Positions 14,890 through 14,995 of a stretch of DNA of 14,995 bases are shown in pieces; position 1 is the first letter of the stretch; each line of letters begins with the position of its first letter. A model generated the notes under the pieces. It did no database searches, had not been told where the DNA came from, and saw only the letters and a program-made list of their open reading frames with translations. A program made the translations under genes and the position numbers. Origin of the DNA: Chlamydiia bacterium (lineage in GTDB: Bacteria; Chlamydiota; Chlamydiia; Chlamydiales; Parachlamydiaceae); assembly GCA_038257035.1 (NCBI GenBank), contig JBBSJT010000055.1:1-14995 (forward strand). Reading direction: 5' to 3'.

Positions 14890-14935
14890 AGCCGCGGATG
14901 CGGCGACAGCATGTAGCCACGGGTGTCAACCCATA
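14890..14935. repeat. GC-rich REP-like remnant with two small hairpins
   Basis: GCCGC-GGAT-GCGGC followed by GACAGCATGTAGCCACGGGT-GTCA-ACCC, a GC-rich island within very AT-rich intergenic DNA. Confidence 0.5.
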
Positions 14936-14995
14936 CGCATTAAGCTAAGCGATTAAATTGTTTAAAAATCTGAAAATGATAGAATTTTTTTAAGG

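Overview
AT-rich bacterial DNA, most likely from an environmental member of the phylum Chlamydiae (inferred from gene content, gene order and protein style). The core genes are a truncated Sua5/TsaC gene, a sufBCDS Fe-S assembly operon (minus strand), then frr, tRNA-Glu(TTC), tRNA-Lys(TTT), mcsA and mcsB (plus strand). On the minus strand follow a Sel1/TPR-repeat gene with an apparently frameshifted 5' end, a secreted CocE/NonD-family hydrolase, rpsT and two paralogous F-box-like genes that may encode effectors. The most unusual signal is in the intergenic DNA. Three spacers (891-1019, 7084-7349, 10401-10566) each carry a long inverted-repeat element whose arms are built from ~9-bp tandem units, with a different unit sequence at each locus. 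Two further spacers carry REP-like palindromes (13482-13574, 14890-14935). No transposase or nuclease is encoded in the window. All calls come from reading motifs by eye; no database searches were run.
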